From: Bdellovibrionota bacterium | GTDB lineage: Bacteria; Bdellovibrionota_C; UBA2361; OMII01 | Assembly (NCBI GenBank): GCA_044360195.1 | Contig: JBIKKT010000005.1 | Coordinates: 5,744 to 69,743, forward strand | Length of the DNA stretch: 64,000 nucleotides | Direction of reading: 5' to 3' | Part shown: positions 16,793 through 27,214 of the stretch, in pieces | Position numbering within the stretch: the first letter of the stretch is position 1 | How the letters are laid out: each line of letters starts with the position of its first letter | Made by a program: the position numbers and the translations under genes | Notes under the pieces: generated by a model | The model's input: only the letters and a program-made list of their open reading frames with translations | Told to the model about the DNA's origin: nothing | The model's database searches: none

Positions 16793-17383
16793 ATGGTTAC
16801 TCTCAATCGTATCTATACTCGAACTGGTGACGACGGAACAACGGGTCTGGTAGGTGGATCACGAATCGCTAAAACCGCGCCGCGAGTGTGTGCTTACGGC
16901 GAAGTAGATGAATTAAACTGCCACATCGGCGTGTGTGCTACCACCTCATCACGACTCGCGATAACTGCAATCACAGAGAAGTTAACGCTCATTCAAAACG
17001 AGCTTTTTGATATTGGGTCTGAACTCGCTACCGCCCCCGGGCAATCGTGGCCTGGAGCGATCATAGCTCGCCCTGAGCAGTCAACCAGAATTGAGGAGTG
17101 GATAGATGAGCTTAACGCCGATCTGCCGCCCCTCACATCGTTCGTACTACCGGGTGGATGCGACCTCAATGCCCAACTTCATCTTGCTCGGGCCGTATGT
17201 CGACGAGCAGAACGTTCAGTGCTTTCTCTGCGGGAGGCAGAGGAGGTATCAGAGCACGTAGTTCGTTACCTCAATCGACTGAGCGACCTACTATTTGTGA
17301 TGAGCCGTTTTGCCTCTAAAGCAATTGGTGTTAGCGAGTACCTGTGGGCTCCGGGTGCAGGGAAGCCGCGGGAACGAGGGTAG
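16793..17383 (+). CDS. PduO-type ATP:cob(I)alamin adenosyltransferase (MMAB family)
   Basis: IYTRTGDDGTTGLVGGSRIAK ... AYGEVDELNCHIG matches the PduO/MMAB N-terminal signature. Confidence 0.8.
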   Translation: MVTLNRIYTRTGDDGTTGLVGGSRIAKTAPRVCAYGEVDELNCHIGVCATTSSRLAITAITEKLTLIQNELFDIGSELATAPGQSWPGAIIARPEQSTRIEEWIDELNADLPPLTSFVLPGGCDLNAQLHLARAVCRRAERSVLSLREAEEVSEHVVRYLNRLSDLLFVMSRFASKAIGVSEYLWAPGAGKPRERG

Positions 17384-17807
17384 CGGAGATATTGTGAGTA
17401 AACACGAGCTCCCCTCCTAAAAAACCAGTCCATACCGTTAAGACCACAAGCGATGATAGGGCAGCGTAGTATAAAGCTATAAAGAGTTGACGTCCGTGCA
17501 GTGCTACCTTCGCTATCCAAAAGAGGGCACACACTACAACAGCGCTGATGAGCGCCATGCGCCCCCAGGCATGATGCGAGCCAAGCGCATCTTCCACCCC
17601 TGGAGATAGATCACTCAAAAAGCTACTAGCGTGATAGCCGCTTGCAAAAGCCGCTACCGCACTAAGAAAACACGCAATCACAACTGGCTTACGAGCCGCC
17701 TCAGCAGCCCCACGCCACGCGGGTAATAAGCGAGCGAACTCAAGTATACTAAGCAAGAGGCAGAACGCGAACGGCATTCCACTCAACGCGGGGTGAAGGT
17801 GTACCAT
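17331..17807 (-). CDS. hypothetical integral membrane protein (4 predicted TM helices)
   Basis: Hydrophobic segments only and no recognisable motif. Its 3' end overlaps the PduO-type gene by 53 bp in convergent orientation. Confidence 0.45.
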   Translation of the reverse strand: MVHLHPALSGMPFAFCLLLSILEFARLLPAWRGAAEAARKPVVIACFLSAVAAFASGYHASSFLSDLSPGVEDALGSHHAWGRMALISAVVVCALFWIAKVALHGRQLFIALYYAALSSLVVLTVWTGFLGGELVFTHNISATLVPAASLHPEPTGTR

Positions 17808-17825
17808 AGTTGAGGTACGATACCG

Positions 17826-18980
17826 CTATGCAAGCCGTTTGAGAAGCACGAGGGTAACATCGTCCTTCAGCATACGCCCCTCTCGAAAGGTGTCAATCGC
17901 ATCCACTACGTCTGTTACAAGCTGCGCTGCACCGGCATCCGGACCACTCCTGCGAAGCACCTCAACGAGGCGGTCGGTACCAAAGACCTGCATCGCTCGA
18001 TTTTGGACCTCCGTAACCCCATCGGTCACAAGCAGCACCACATCCCCTAGCTCAAGATGCTCCCGCTGCACTTCATAGCTTGCCTGATCCACAAAACCGA
18101 TCGGAAACCCCTCACCTGTTACCAGTTTGCACTCTCCCGAACGGCGCACGAGCAGTGCGGGCGGGTGACCAGCTCGACACCATTGAAGCTCACCACTCTC
18201 GGGAAAATATCGACACAAGCCCATCGTAACGAATGTAGCAGAGGGGAGCTGTGGGCCAAGGAGTGCAGTCGTTTTTTCCACCTGCTTCGCCACATCATGG
18301 TCGTGGGCAGCAACCGTAGCGAGCTTAGTCATACTACTGATAAAGGCTGCCGAGAGGCCATGTCCTGAAACGTCAGCGATACAAAGCGTAAGTGCGCCGT
18401 CTGCCTCCTGAGAAGCGAAATACCAATCGCCACCAACCTGCTCTAAAGGGTTGTACGAGGCCGCAAGATCAAAGCGGTCATCTCGAGGTAAAGTTTCTGG
18501 CAGTAGGCCTTGCTGAATAGCGCGAGCTTGTTCGAGCTCACGCCGAAACCGTTCATTATGATCCCGGAGAGCGAGATTGATTTCTGCCAAAGTCGCAGTG
18601 GATTCATCTGCACCGGCCAACTTACGTAACCGCAAGGTGGTCGCTATAGTGCCAACTAATCGACCGACTGAATACGGAGCTGCCACATCCTGAATTCCAC
18701 CGAGCGTACTAAGAGAATCACCTTCTGAAGCATCTTCGTCTGATGAAACGGCGATCCGAATTATCGGAACCTCTCGAGTTTCCCTTTGCGACCTTAGAAA
18801 GGTGCACACTTCCGCCGCATCGGGAACGACACGGCCGTCTATCAAGATGATATCGCTCCCAGCGGCTACAACCTCAGCCAGGAACTCAGACGATGTTGGT
18901 TTAATCACGGAGTAGCCAAGCTTCTGCAGGAGCGCAGAGAGCTGTGCGTCATCAGAGCCGAGAAGGAAGATTGAGTTCAT
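17826..18980 (-). CDS. response-regulator receiver domain fused to a PP2C (SpoIIE/RsbU-family) phosphatase
   Basis: N-terminal receiver-like IFLLGSDD...IILIDG. PP2C/SpoIIE motifs GGDWYFA, ADVSGHGLSAAF and LLVTDGVTE. The preferred start is ATG 18980 (MNSIFLL); the track ORF uses TTG 19031. Confidence 0.75.
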   Translation of the reverse strand: MNSIFLLGSDDAQLSALLQKLGYSVIKPTSSEFLAEVVAAGSDIILIDGRVVPDAAEVCTFLRSQRETREVPIIRIAVSSDEDASEGDSLSTLGGIQDVAAPYSVGRLVGTIATTLRLRKLAGADESTATLAEINLALRDHNERFRRELEQARAIQQGLLPETLPRDDRFDLAASYNPLEQVGGDWYFASQEADGALTLCIADVSGHGLSAAFISSMTKLATVAAHDHDVAKQVEKTTALLGPQLPSATFVTMGLCRYFPESGELQWCRAGHPPALLVRRSGECKLVTGEGFPIGFVDQASYEVQREHLELGDVVLLVTDGVTEVQNRAMQVFGTDRLVEVLRRSGPDAGAAQLVTDVVDAIDTFREGRMLKDDVTLVLLKRLA

Positions 18981-19041
18981 TTGTCTTAGGTATCGGCCAT
19001 CTACCCGCAAGTCCTGAGGAAAACTAGGCAAAACCCCTTGC

Positions 19042-20352
19042 TTGCCCAGCGAACTGCGCTATCTTTCTGCCATGACAACAGATTCTACCACAACATCACC
19101 GCCTCAACAGCTAGATCCATTCCGTATAGCGGCCGGAATGCTTCGCGCAGACATCCTAATTCTGGTTCCCTTCTTAGCTCTTTTAAGTCTTACCACCATC
19201 GCCAGCACGTTGGTGCCCCTGGACAGGTTCTCTGCCGTACTTGCGCTGCTCATAGCTGACCGAGTACTCCAGCTTGTAGTCATATCGCTTATTGCGTTGC
19301 GATGGAGTGCGCGCTTTGAGAGCCATGGTCGATCGAACTACGCTCGAATCACCACGGCGCGACGGATTATTCTCTGGGGTTTTGGAATATGGTGCACCCT
19401 TTCGCTCCCTCGAGTACTAGCTGAGTTCGTTGGCAACAACGGGATCCAGGTGGCGCTTATAACCTCAGTGGGTGTAGGTATCTTTTGGAGTCTACGCTAC
19501 TACTTCTTCTTCGCCATGACCGCGCTGCTCGGCAAGACGATAAAAAACAGCGCGCAGTCAGCGATTCTTATTACGCGGCGACAACCTCAAGCTGCGCTAC
19601 GTTCCCTGCTTGGGCCGCTGGGAATTACAGCGCTGGCAACCGTTGCAGTGGTAGCACTACAACCTGACGGTCGCTCGCTTTGGATCAATGCATGCGCTGC
19701 CTCGGTAGAGGCTGTGTTTTGGCTCTTAAGCACCTACACAGCGCTCGCGTTCGCAGTTGTATTCATCGAAGAGTATGACTGGCGCACAGCGGGTTTAGTA
19801 CCCTACCGCACCGATCGCTTAAAGACACTGGAAGCGCGGGGGAAATCGCAAATTGCGACACTGCTTAGCCCGGCTACAGGAATTAAGCTACTTGCACTAT
19901 CCCTATTGGTGCTCTTTGCATCCCTCGCGCGGGAACAGCGAATGCCTCCAGCAGTCTCTATCCATGTAAAAAATGTAGAGCTCTACGATTACAAGGTGAA
20001 AGCAACTCTTGAGGTCTCAGACCCTACCTACCTCTTCCGGGGATTTAAGCCTGCAGGCTTTTCTGTACGAACAAAGAGCAATACCCCCGTAGCGGATGAA
20101 CTGACGAAAGCTTCCCTATCCGCTGATAAAGATGAAGTTCTGCTCTTCATGCCAAACTCGGACGGCTCTCCCCGCGATCTCTTTGTGGAGTTCCGATCTA
20201 CCAAGAGTCGAGAGAACCTTGGATCCATAGAGAATGCTTGGCTTTGGTATCAGCAGTTCCCGGTGGTAGCGCTTCCACTCACCGAACAACCAGAAGAAGG
20301 TGTTAAGGAACAGCCAAGCGCCACTCCCGCGCCCGCTCTACCCCAACCATAA
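19042..20352 (+). CDS. hypothetical polytopic membrane protein
   Basis: Multiple hydrophobic helices and no recognisable catalytic motif. Confidence 0.45.
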   Translation: MPSELRYLSAMTTDSTTTSPPQQLDPFRIAAGMLRADILILVPFLALLSLTTIASTLVPLDRFSAVLALLIADRVLQLVVISLIALRWSARFESHGRSNYARITTARRIILWGFGIWCTLSLPRVLAEFVGNNGIQVALITSVGVGIFWSLRYYFFFAMTALLGKTIKNSAQSAILITRRQPQAALRSLLGPLGITALATVAVVALQPDGRSLWINACAASVEAVFWLLSTYTALAFAVVFIEEYDWRTAGLVPYRTDRLKTLEARGKSQIATLLSPATGIKLLALSLLVLFASLAREQRMPPAVSIHVKNVELYDYKVKATLEVSDPTYLFRGFKPAGFSVRTKSNTPVADELTKASLSADKDEVLLFMPNSDGSPRDLFVEFRSTKSRENLGSIENAWLWYQQFPVVALPLTEQPEEGVKEQPSATPAPALPQP

Positions 20353-20788
20353 CAAAAAGTGTATCAGCCATCCCACCATACTGACCTGGCGCTAGCCTAA
20401 GCTCGTAGTAAGGCAGGTTTGAACGCGCGGGACCCCTACGAACGGTACCATCGAGTTTATATTCACTCGTCGTGTACATGGAGCGCCAATATTCCTTCTC
20501 GCCCACCCCAGACCGAACTAAAGGAGAGAGATCGTATGTACACGCAGTACTCATCGCTGAGAATCCACCAGCATCGTAGCGCACCGCTATCTTAAGCTCT
20601 GGAAATACCGTCAAAGGTGAATTCTGGAGGGTCTTAACTGACCCTAAGGTAAACAACCCCGGGGGACGCCGCTTTGTTCCGATATCGCATCCACTTAACA
20701 AAGAGAGCGCACTAACAACTATCAGCCATAGCACAAGGAAGCGGGGCAGGTCGGGGGCAAAACGCCGCAAGAGCCCTACTGAAGCCAC
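20303..20788 (-). CDS. hypothetical lipoprotein
   Basis: Signal peptide with lipobox LSLLSGCD. Confidence 0.45.
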   Translation of the reverse strand: MASVGLLRRFAPDLPRFLVLWLIVVSALSLLSGCDIGTKRRPPGLFTLGSVKTLQNSPLTVFPELKIAVRYDAGGFSAMSTACTYDLSPLVRSGVGEKEYWRSMYTTSEYKLDGTVRRGPARSNLPYYELRLAPGQYGGMADTLFVMVGVERAREWRLAVP

Positions 20789-21102
20789 GGAAGCTCTGTC
20801 TCTAGATTTTTGATTACATCCCGCAAACCGATACCGGATGGAGCGATAACAACCCCACCATCTACTTGACGCGCTATCTTTCCAAGAAACTCTTCTTGGT
20901 CGACATCAGCAGTACCTACCTTGATCGATTTCACACGGTCTGCACCTAAGAGGTCGAGGTCCTCTTCAAGAGTATCCTTCTCGTGGGTCAAGATAACCAG
21001 CCTGTGTCCATTTATACTAACAGCTGCCGGTTTCTTGCCGGTGTATGGTACGTAGAAGCTTTCCATTAGGGTAAGGTTAATCACCATCAAAGAAGTTTTC
21101 AA
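20776..21102 (-). CDS. hypothetical protein
   Basis: 108-aa ORF packed between its neighbours. No motif recognised. Confidence 0.4.
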   Translation of the reverse strand: MKTSLMVINLTLMESFYVPYTGKKPAAVSINGHRLVILTHEKDTLEEDLDLLGADRVKSIKVGTADVDQEEFLGKIARQVDGGVVIAPSGIGLRDVIKNLETELPWLQ

Positions 21103-21112
21103 CCAGAGAAAT

Positions 21113-22054
21113 TTATTCGATTACCCTTTTCTGTCGCCTCGTTTTGTATACATGACCTGGAAGGGGCTGCCCAATCAGCGCCTCTGCAAACTCTGCCGCA
21201 CCACACAATGTGTTGACATCTAGGCCAGTTACCACACCCAGCGAGTCACACAGATGAACCAGATCCTCTGTAGCCACATTACCTGCTGAGCCCGGGGTGA
21301 ATGGACACCCTCCAAGACCACCAACTGACGTCTCAAAAACAGCCACTCCAGCCTCAAGGCCGGCGTAGGCATTGCATAAACCCAACCCCCACGTATCGTG
21401 AAGGTGCAAGGAAACCACAACACCCATAGAAGAGACCAACGCGACGAGCTCTCGCACGGCTCTAGGGTTCGCACGCCCAACCGTGTCAGCCAAGCACACC
21501 TCATGGACCGGCTGTCCTACCGCAGTAGCACGCTCCAAAAATCGTTCAATAAGAGCTGCCACCGTGCCACAAGGTATCGCGCCTTCAAACTCACACCCGA
21601 ACGCTGTGGATACCATCAAACCCCACACCGATTTTCCAGCTGCTTGAAAGCAAGCGACCCACTCATCTATGGAACTGAGCGACTGCGCGATAGTTGTATT
21701 GTTGTTGGACCGCAAAAAGGATTCGCTCGGAGAAGTGTAGAGCCACCCTATATTTGAAAGCCGCTTAGTTGCTTCAGCACGAGCAAACCCCTTCGTGTTA
21801 AGATACAGGGCGGTGTACTCGATCCCAGCAACGTTGGGCAACGTTGCAATCAAGTGCTCAGCATCCGCCATCTGCGGTACCTTATCGCCGCGGACCATCG
21901 AAGTGACTTCAATATGCTTAAGGCCGCTCTGGGCTAGTTGCGAGATGAGCTCGACTTTTTTTTCTGTAGGATACACCGATGAAAGAGCTTGAAAACCCTC
22001 TCGCGGACCGACCTCACGAATCGTGACGTTCTGTGGAATAGCAGATTGGCTCAT
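21113..22054 (-). CDS. hydroxymethylglutaryl-CoA lyase family protein (HMGL-like TIM barrel)
   Basis: VTIREVGPREGFQ, HLHDTWGLGLCNAYAGLEAG and ETSVGGLGGCPF match HMGL signatures. Confidence 0.8.
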   Translation of the reverse strand: MSQSAIPQNVTIREVGPREGFQALSSVYPTEKKVELISQLAQSGLKHIEVTSMVRGDKVPQMADAEHLIATLPNVAGIEYTALYLNTKGFARAEATKRLSNIGWLYTSPSESFLRSNNNTTIAQSLSSIDEWVACFQAAGKSVWGLMVSTAFGCEFEGAIPCGTVAALIERFLERATAVGQPVHEVCLADTVGRANPRAVRELVALVSSMGVVVSLHLHDTWGLGLCNAYAGLEAGVAVFETSVGGLGGCPFTPGSAGNVATEDLVHLCDSLGVVTGLDVNTLCGAAEFAEALIGQPLPGHVYKTRRQKRVIE

Positions 22055-23322
22055 GACCCCCTTGTGCTCCGCCTTTCACAGATGGCTGCTCGCCACCATA
22101 CAAAACCTGATAACGCCATAGCAACCGTCGTAATCTGGAGCGCGTACGCCATCGCATTATCGACCACGCCATGATGTATGAGCTTATCCGCCATACCTCC
22201 AATCACAACCGGAGCCAGCGCTGCTCCAAAGAGCTGTATAAGAAATATTGTAACTCCCTGTGTCAGCGCCTCCAAGCCTTTTGGAGCGCAGGAGACCAGG
22301 ACGGTGTTGAGAGGTGCAACACCAGCAAAGAGTGCTAACTGCGCCACAAAACACATTGCAAAGAATGCCATTGGGGTCGAACCACAGAAGGCGAGTCCAA
22401 GAAAGGGCGTCCCCACAAGGGTAGTGGCCGCCACAAACAGCAACAAACCGTAGGCGGGGGTCTGGGCTCGTGCAGCTAAACGCGACGCCAAAGCGCCGCC
22501 ACCCAGCGCACCAACAAACCCCGTCAACGCTAGAATTGCTCCGAAATAGGTCGGGGCGCTCGCTCCATCGAGGCCCAACGATGAGACGTGTCTTACAACA
22601 AACATCGCCACCCCGTTGAGAGCGAATGTGTTAAACACATAACCAAGTATCGTGAGTAACAGCACTCGCGAACGAAAAATTTCAGCGACACCCGAGAAAA
22701 AACGAGTGTCAGCTACGCCATGGGTATACAACGGAGGCTCCCGCTGCTCTGGCGCTATGAAATAGAACCCCGCCGCCAACAATATCCCCGGTACACACGC
22801 CAAAAAAAAGAGCATCTGCCAACCAAACCGGCTCGCGATTTCACCGCCTGCTACGTAGCCAAGAGCTGAACCAACCGGAATAGCAACGTAAAAAAGCGAG
22901 AGTGCTGTGTTCAATTTAATAGTGTCAGGTATTCTCCCTTTGAGGTACGCGGGCGCGATAGCCCCAAAGCTTGCTTCTCCAATGCCGACCAAAGCCCTAG
23001 CACAAAAGAATGAGAGAAATCCGGTGGCAAGTCCGGTGAGCGCTGTGCAGAGGCTCCATGCTACAAGCCCAACAAGCATCAGGAGCCTTCGATCGACCCG
23101 CGCACCGAGGAAACCAAATAGGGGCGAAAATATGCAGTATCCAACAACAAAAGCTGCACCCAACGAACCCGACTGCTGATTCGTGAGCGCAAGATCTACC
23201 TTTAACAGGGGCTCTACCGCCTGAACGATATACCGATCAAAAAAGTTTAGGATATTTACTAGGGAGAGAAAGAGTATGAGTTTATAAGGCATACTCTCTG
23301 GCTCAGGGCTCCTAACCTTCAC
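22051..23322 (-). CDS. MFS transporter
   Basis: About 12 TM helices. MFS motif region GFLGARVDRRLLMLVGL after TM2. Confidence 0.75.
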   Translation of the reverse strand: MKVRSPEPESMPYKLILFLSLVNILNFFDRYIVQAVEPLLKVDLALTNQQSGSLGAAFVVGYCIFSPLFGFLGARVDRRLLMLVGLVAWSLCTALTGLATGFLSFFCARALVGIGEASFGAIAPAYLKGRIPDTIKLNTALSLFYVAIPVGSALGYVAGGEIASRFGWQMLFFLACVPGILLAAGFYFIAPEQREPPLYTHGVADTRFFSGVAEIFRSRVLLLTILGYVFNTFALNGVAMFVVRHVSSLGLDGASAPTYFGAILALTGFVGALGGGALASRLAARAQTPAYGLLLFVAATTLVGTPFLGLAFCGSTPMAFFAMCFVAQLALFAGVAPLNTVLVSCAPKGLEALTQGVTIFLIQLFGAALAPVVIGGMADKLIHHGVVDNAMAYALQITTVAMALSGFVWWRAAICERRSTRGS

Positions 23323-24112
23323 TCACATTACTAAGAAACTTGCGTTGAGAAGGAAGTCTCTTCTGTACAGCCTCAGAGAGTTTATCAACATCCCCGCGCT
23401 CCTCATCAGTGCGAGCTAAGGTGCGCAGTGCTAACACAGCCTGCGCGGCAGCAACGGTTCCCCGCTCTGCAAGCGCAACCAACGCTTGCTGCGCTACAGG
23501 CCTGTGAGCGTCAGAGTCAGCCAACGATTTTGCCAAAGCAAGACTCGCTAGCTCTGCCACCAAACGCTCCGCTGAAGCCTGCGGATACTGCTCCCAGGAT
23601 CCAGCAGTAAGGGCATCTTTAGCTCTATCCAGTTCACCGGTACGGGCTGCGATCAAACCACGATACAAACGCACGATGTCAGGGAATGAGCCAGAGGTCT
23701 CAAGCGCAGTAAGTTTAAGGGTCGCTTTCTCTTTAATCTGATTAACGTCACCTTCAAGCCCTTTTATCTTTTCCGCTTGATCAGCTGCCGGCGAACTCTC
23801 GGCCTTTAGGGATGCCAGCTCATCAAGCTTCACGCCGAGCGCTTCATACTCTTTTTGAATCGCCCGTACCTCCTGCGTAATCTGAGCTTTTCTATTTTGT
23901 TGCGTTACGGTGAAACGGTTTACCGCTACCATACCAAGCGCCAACGCAATCAGAGAGAAGAGAATGGTCTTTCCGTGCTTTACGACAAACCTTGCGAATG
24001 GGTCATTTTGCGCAGCAGCAGCTATAGCGGGGTCTTCAAAGATATTCCGGCTCGCCTTCGCAGGTTGCTCTGCCGGCACGTTCTTGGATTCAGGAATCAC
24101 CACGTTAGTCAC
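23312..24112 (-). CDS. hypothetical membrane-anchored coiled-coil or TPR-like protein
   Basis: N-terminal TM helix FSLIALALGMVAV followed by coiled-coil-prone sequence. Confidence 0.45.
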   Translation of the reverse strand: MTNVVIPESKNVPAEQPAKASRNIFEDPAIAAAAQNDPFARFVVKHGKTILFSLIALALGMVAVNRFTVTQQNRKAQITQEVRAIQKEYEALGVKLDELASLKAESSPAADQAEKIKGLEGDVNQIKEKATLKLTALETSGSFPDIVRLYRGLIAARTGELDRAKDALTAGSWEQYPQASAERLVAELASLALAKSLADSDAHRPVAQQALVALAERGTVAAAQAVLALRTLARTDEERGDVDKLSEAVQKRLPSQRKFLSNVSEG

Positions 24113-24221
24113 AATCTAAAGGCTCCAACTTATCAGACCCCACCTTCCTAACAGAGCCCGGCAAGATTGTACAGGTATGAGTGCGGCACAGTGCATACCG
24201 TTCAAGGTGCCTAGAGAACCC

Positions 24222-24827
24222 TTACATCTTGTATTTGAAATCTTCAGCATCAAGTTGATCAAGGATCTCCTGCCACTTATCCTTATCGATACCCTTAAAG
24301 TCTTGGGAAGAGTCCTCTGTTTGAGCCTGCTCCTCGCCGCCCTCTTCCTCGCCGGGACTGGCTTGTGCTGCCTCCGGAGAGGCCGCTCCAGGCACTGACG
24401 GCGGTGGGTTACCAGCAAAGGCTATTTTTGCCTGGTTGAGAACCTGATGAGTCACATAAATCGGAGCGTGCGCTCTAAGAGCCATCGCGATTGCATCACT
24501 CGGCCGTGAATCGAGTAGGAAGACTCTATCTCCCTGCCCGAGAACGAGCTCCGAATAGTAAGTAGAATCCTTCAACTCCGTTATTACCACCCGTTGCACC
24601 GTCACTCCGAGCTCCAGGAGAAGGTCGTAAAAGAGGTCATGCGTTAACGGACGCGGCATTGCGACCTGCTTTATAGCGCTAGCAATCGAGGTTGCCTCAG
24701 CTATACCGATCCAGATCGGAAGAGTGATATCGCCGGTGGCATCCTTTAATACAACTATAGGCGCCTGGGTACTCGGATCGAGAACCAAACCTCCTACAAA
24801 CATCTCAACTGCCGTCTCATTTCCCAT
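24222..24827 (-). CDS. bifunctional nuclease (BFN/DUF151 family)
   Basis: MFVGGLVLDPSTQAPIVVLKD...LPIWIGIAEATSIA...DSRPSDAIAMAL matches the BFN-domain pattern. Confidence 0.7.
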   Translation of the reverse strand: MGNETAVEMFVGGLVLDPSTQAPIVVLKDATGDITLPIWIGIAEATSIASAIKQVAMPRPLTHDLFYDLLLELGVTVQRVVITELKDSTYYSELVLGQGDRVFLLDSRPSDAIAMALRAHAPIYVTHQVLNQAKIAFAGNPPPSVPGAASPEAAQASPGEEEGGEEQAQTEDSSQDFKGIDKDKWQEILDQLDAEDFKYKM

Positions 24828-24910
24828 AGCAACCTTGCCTAACCGAATATGCGCTTCCTCATGCTATCATGCCGCAAATTGGTACGTCTATGCTGAGAAA
24901 AAGGCCGGTA

Positions 24911-26302
24911 TTATCCTGCCAAAGCCCCAAAAAGGGTATATCGCTTATGGCCAAGCACTTTCGCACGCACCAGGCTGCCCAAGGCGATACCAGGCTGATC
25001 AAGCGGTTCTGTAAAATTGAAGATAAAGTTCTGCGAGATTCGCCCCTGAAAACACGTTTCGTCGTGTCGGTTTCGACCATCAACGAGCACTTCAACCTCA
25101 CGCCCTACCCACCCCGCAAGGCGTTTAGCCATGATCTGCTCTTGGTGCTTTAACAACACCTGAAGACGTTCAAGTTTTTCCTCCTGCGTGAGAAACTCCT
25201 GCATTGACGCGGCTGCTGTTCCGGGGCGGGCTGAAAATGCATACGAGTAGCTCTGATCGAACTGAACCAAATCCATCATCTCAAGGGTCTGCTGAAAATC
25301 CTCCTCCGTTTCTCCTGGAAAGCCAACGATTATATCTGTTGTAACGGCTATATCTGGCACACGAGATTTAAGCGCCTGGATGATATTGAGATACTTAGAG
25401 CGACGGTAGTTTCTATTCATCAGGCTCAGAATCCGGTCACTACCTGACTGAAGCGGCATATGGACATGCTGCGCCATCTTCGGACACGTCGATACGAATT
25501 CGATAAAATCCTTGCGAATCTCTTGCGGATGCGGACTAGTAAACCGAATACGCTCTACGCCAGAAATTGCTGCTATGCGCTCTAAGAGCTTCACAAATGA
25601 AACTCGCGGGGTGAGATCAAGACCGTAGGAATTCACCGTTTGCCCAAGAAGGACGATCTCTTTACTTCCACGGTGAACCGCTATCTTCACCTCAGTTTCG
25701 ATCTCACTCATAGCACGCGAAACCTCTGGCCCACGAGTTGTAGGAACGATGCAATAGGTGCAGTTCTTGTTGCAGCCGCGACTAATGGAGATAAAAGCAG
25801 TGACGTGCTGTTTCTGCCCATTACGACCTGGATCAATATCGGCAAACCCAAGCGGTAGCTCCTCCCACTCCTCTCGGTAATTCACAGCTATCTGCGGAGG
25901 AGCGCCTTTTTTGCGAAGTTGTATCAGCGAGGGGACGAGCGATAGGTTGTGGGTGCCGAAGACGAAATCAACAATCGCTCCGCGCTTTACTATTTTTTCT
26001 CCTTCCTGTTGAGCAACACAACCGCACACTCCTACGAGCATCTCGGGCTTGTTCTGTTTGATCTCTTTAATCTCCCCCAAAACACTGTAAAGCTTCTGCT
26101 CAGGCTTATCGCGAACACTGCATGTATTAATCAGAACCAGATCAGCCTTCTCGGGAGCATCTACCGCGACATAATCCTGCTCCAGGATCTTATAAAGCTT
26201 TTGGGTATCGTACTCATTCATCTGACAACCGTACGTACGGATGTAGACACCCTTTTTATCTTCCCGGCAGGGATCTAATTGCTCGCCTATGTTCTGGGAC
26301 AT
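24911..26302 (-). CDS. miaB: tRNA-2-methylthio-N6-dimethylallyladenosine synthase (radical-SAM methylthiotransferase)
   Basis: VYIRTYGCQMNEYDT, LINTCSVRDKPEQK and a radical-SAM CNKNCTYC box. C-terminal TRAM-like region. Confidence 0.8.
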   Translation of the reverse strand: MSQNIGEQLDPCREDKKGVYIRTYGCQMNEYDTQKLYKILEQDYVAVDAPEKADLVLINTCSVRDKPEQKLYSVLGEIKEIKQNKPEMLVGVCGCVAQQEGEKIVKRGAIVDFVFGTHNLSLVPSLIQLRKKGAPPQIAVNYREEWEELPLGFADIDPGRNGQKQHVTAFISISRGCNKNCTYCIVPTTRGPEVSRAMSEIETEVKIAVHRGSKEIVLLGQTVNSYGLDLTPRVSFVKLLERIAAISGVERIRFTSPHPQEIRKDFIEFVSTCPKMAQHVHMPLQSGSDRILSLMNRNYRRSKYLNIIQALKSRVPDIAVTTDIIVGFPGETEEDFQQTLEMMDLVQFDQSYSYAFSARPGTAAASMQEFLTQEEKLERLQVLLKHQEQIMAKRLAGWVGREVEVLVDGRNRHDETCFQGRISQNFIFNFTEPLDQPGIALGSLVRAKVLGHKRYTLFGALAG

Positions 26303-26368
26303 TATACTTCTCTCTTCGATCCCTTAGAGCGCCTCCTCACGTGGCGCTGACTCTGTTCGAGCAAACCG

Positions 26369-27211
26369 CTATTCGGTTCTCACAGAGACTATTCGGATGA
26401 CAGGCCGGGGAGCCATCTGCAAAGCCGGCGTGACGCTCGTCTCGAGCGCCATCCTAAACGGCTTAGTCCCCCCAGATGCCAACTTCATATTCTGGATCTC
26501 AACTCTGCGCTCATTCTCAAGAATTTGATCTTGCAAATCAAGTTTATCTGCGTCCGAAAATCCAGCTAGGAGGGATACCCCTGAAATAGTGGCCCTACCT
26601 GCATTAAAAAACTCCCCTGTTATCGTGAACTTGACCCTACATTCATCTGGTGAGGCGCAACTTGGATCGGGCAGTCTATGAACCTCCAATCCGCGCAAAA
26701 CAAGCCCCTGACCGGTGGGCGGAGCTGTCGCGATCGGCTGACTACTAGCGGGAGCAGTCGTTGTCGACAAGGAGCCCCTGGCCTCTGCGCCCCACAACAC
26801 CTCGAGCTGATAATTCGATAATCCCGGAGACGCCAGCGCCACCGTAAAATCAGCAGGTCGATCTGGCTCCAACACCTTGAGGTCAGGAAGAAGCTCGCTC
26901 AAGGTATTACGGAGAGTTCGCTGGCTGCCGTTATCATCGAGCGCTGTTAATCTAAGCACTACCTCTTCAGCCGACCATCTCTCCTTTGAACTTACTCGCC
27001 CCTTAATAACCAATCTTTGGCCGTCGTTCGACTCATCAACAATATCAAGAACAAAAGGAGTAACTTCGGGCCGGGCACCGCTAGCACTATCAAGCGGCTC
27101 ATCCCCGATCGGCACAGCGACAACCGTGGGCGAGCATCCGACCAACGCAACCAGTACAAGACAAACAAGAAATCCGTATATGGCAAGCGCTGTCCGATTC
27201 ACTGTTATCAT
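26369..27211 (-). CDS. hypothetical lipoprotein
   Basis: Lipobox LVALVGCSP. Confidence 0.45.
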   Translation of the reverse strand: MITVNRTALAIYGFLVCLVLVALVGCSPTVVAVPIGDEPLDSASGARPEVTPFVLDIVDESNDGQRLVIKGRVSSKERWSAEEVVLRLTALDDNGSQRTLRNTLSELLPDLKVLEPDRPADFTVALASPGLSNYQLEVLWGAEARGSLSTTTAPASSQPIATAPPTGQGLVLRGLEVHRLPDPSCASPDECRVKFTITGEFFNAGRATISGVSLLAGFSDADKLDLQDQILENERRVEIQNMKLASGGTKPFRMALETSVTPALQMAPRPVIRIVSVRTE

Positions 27212-27214
27212 GAC

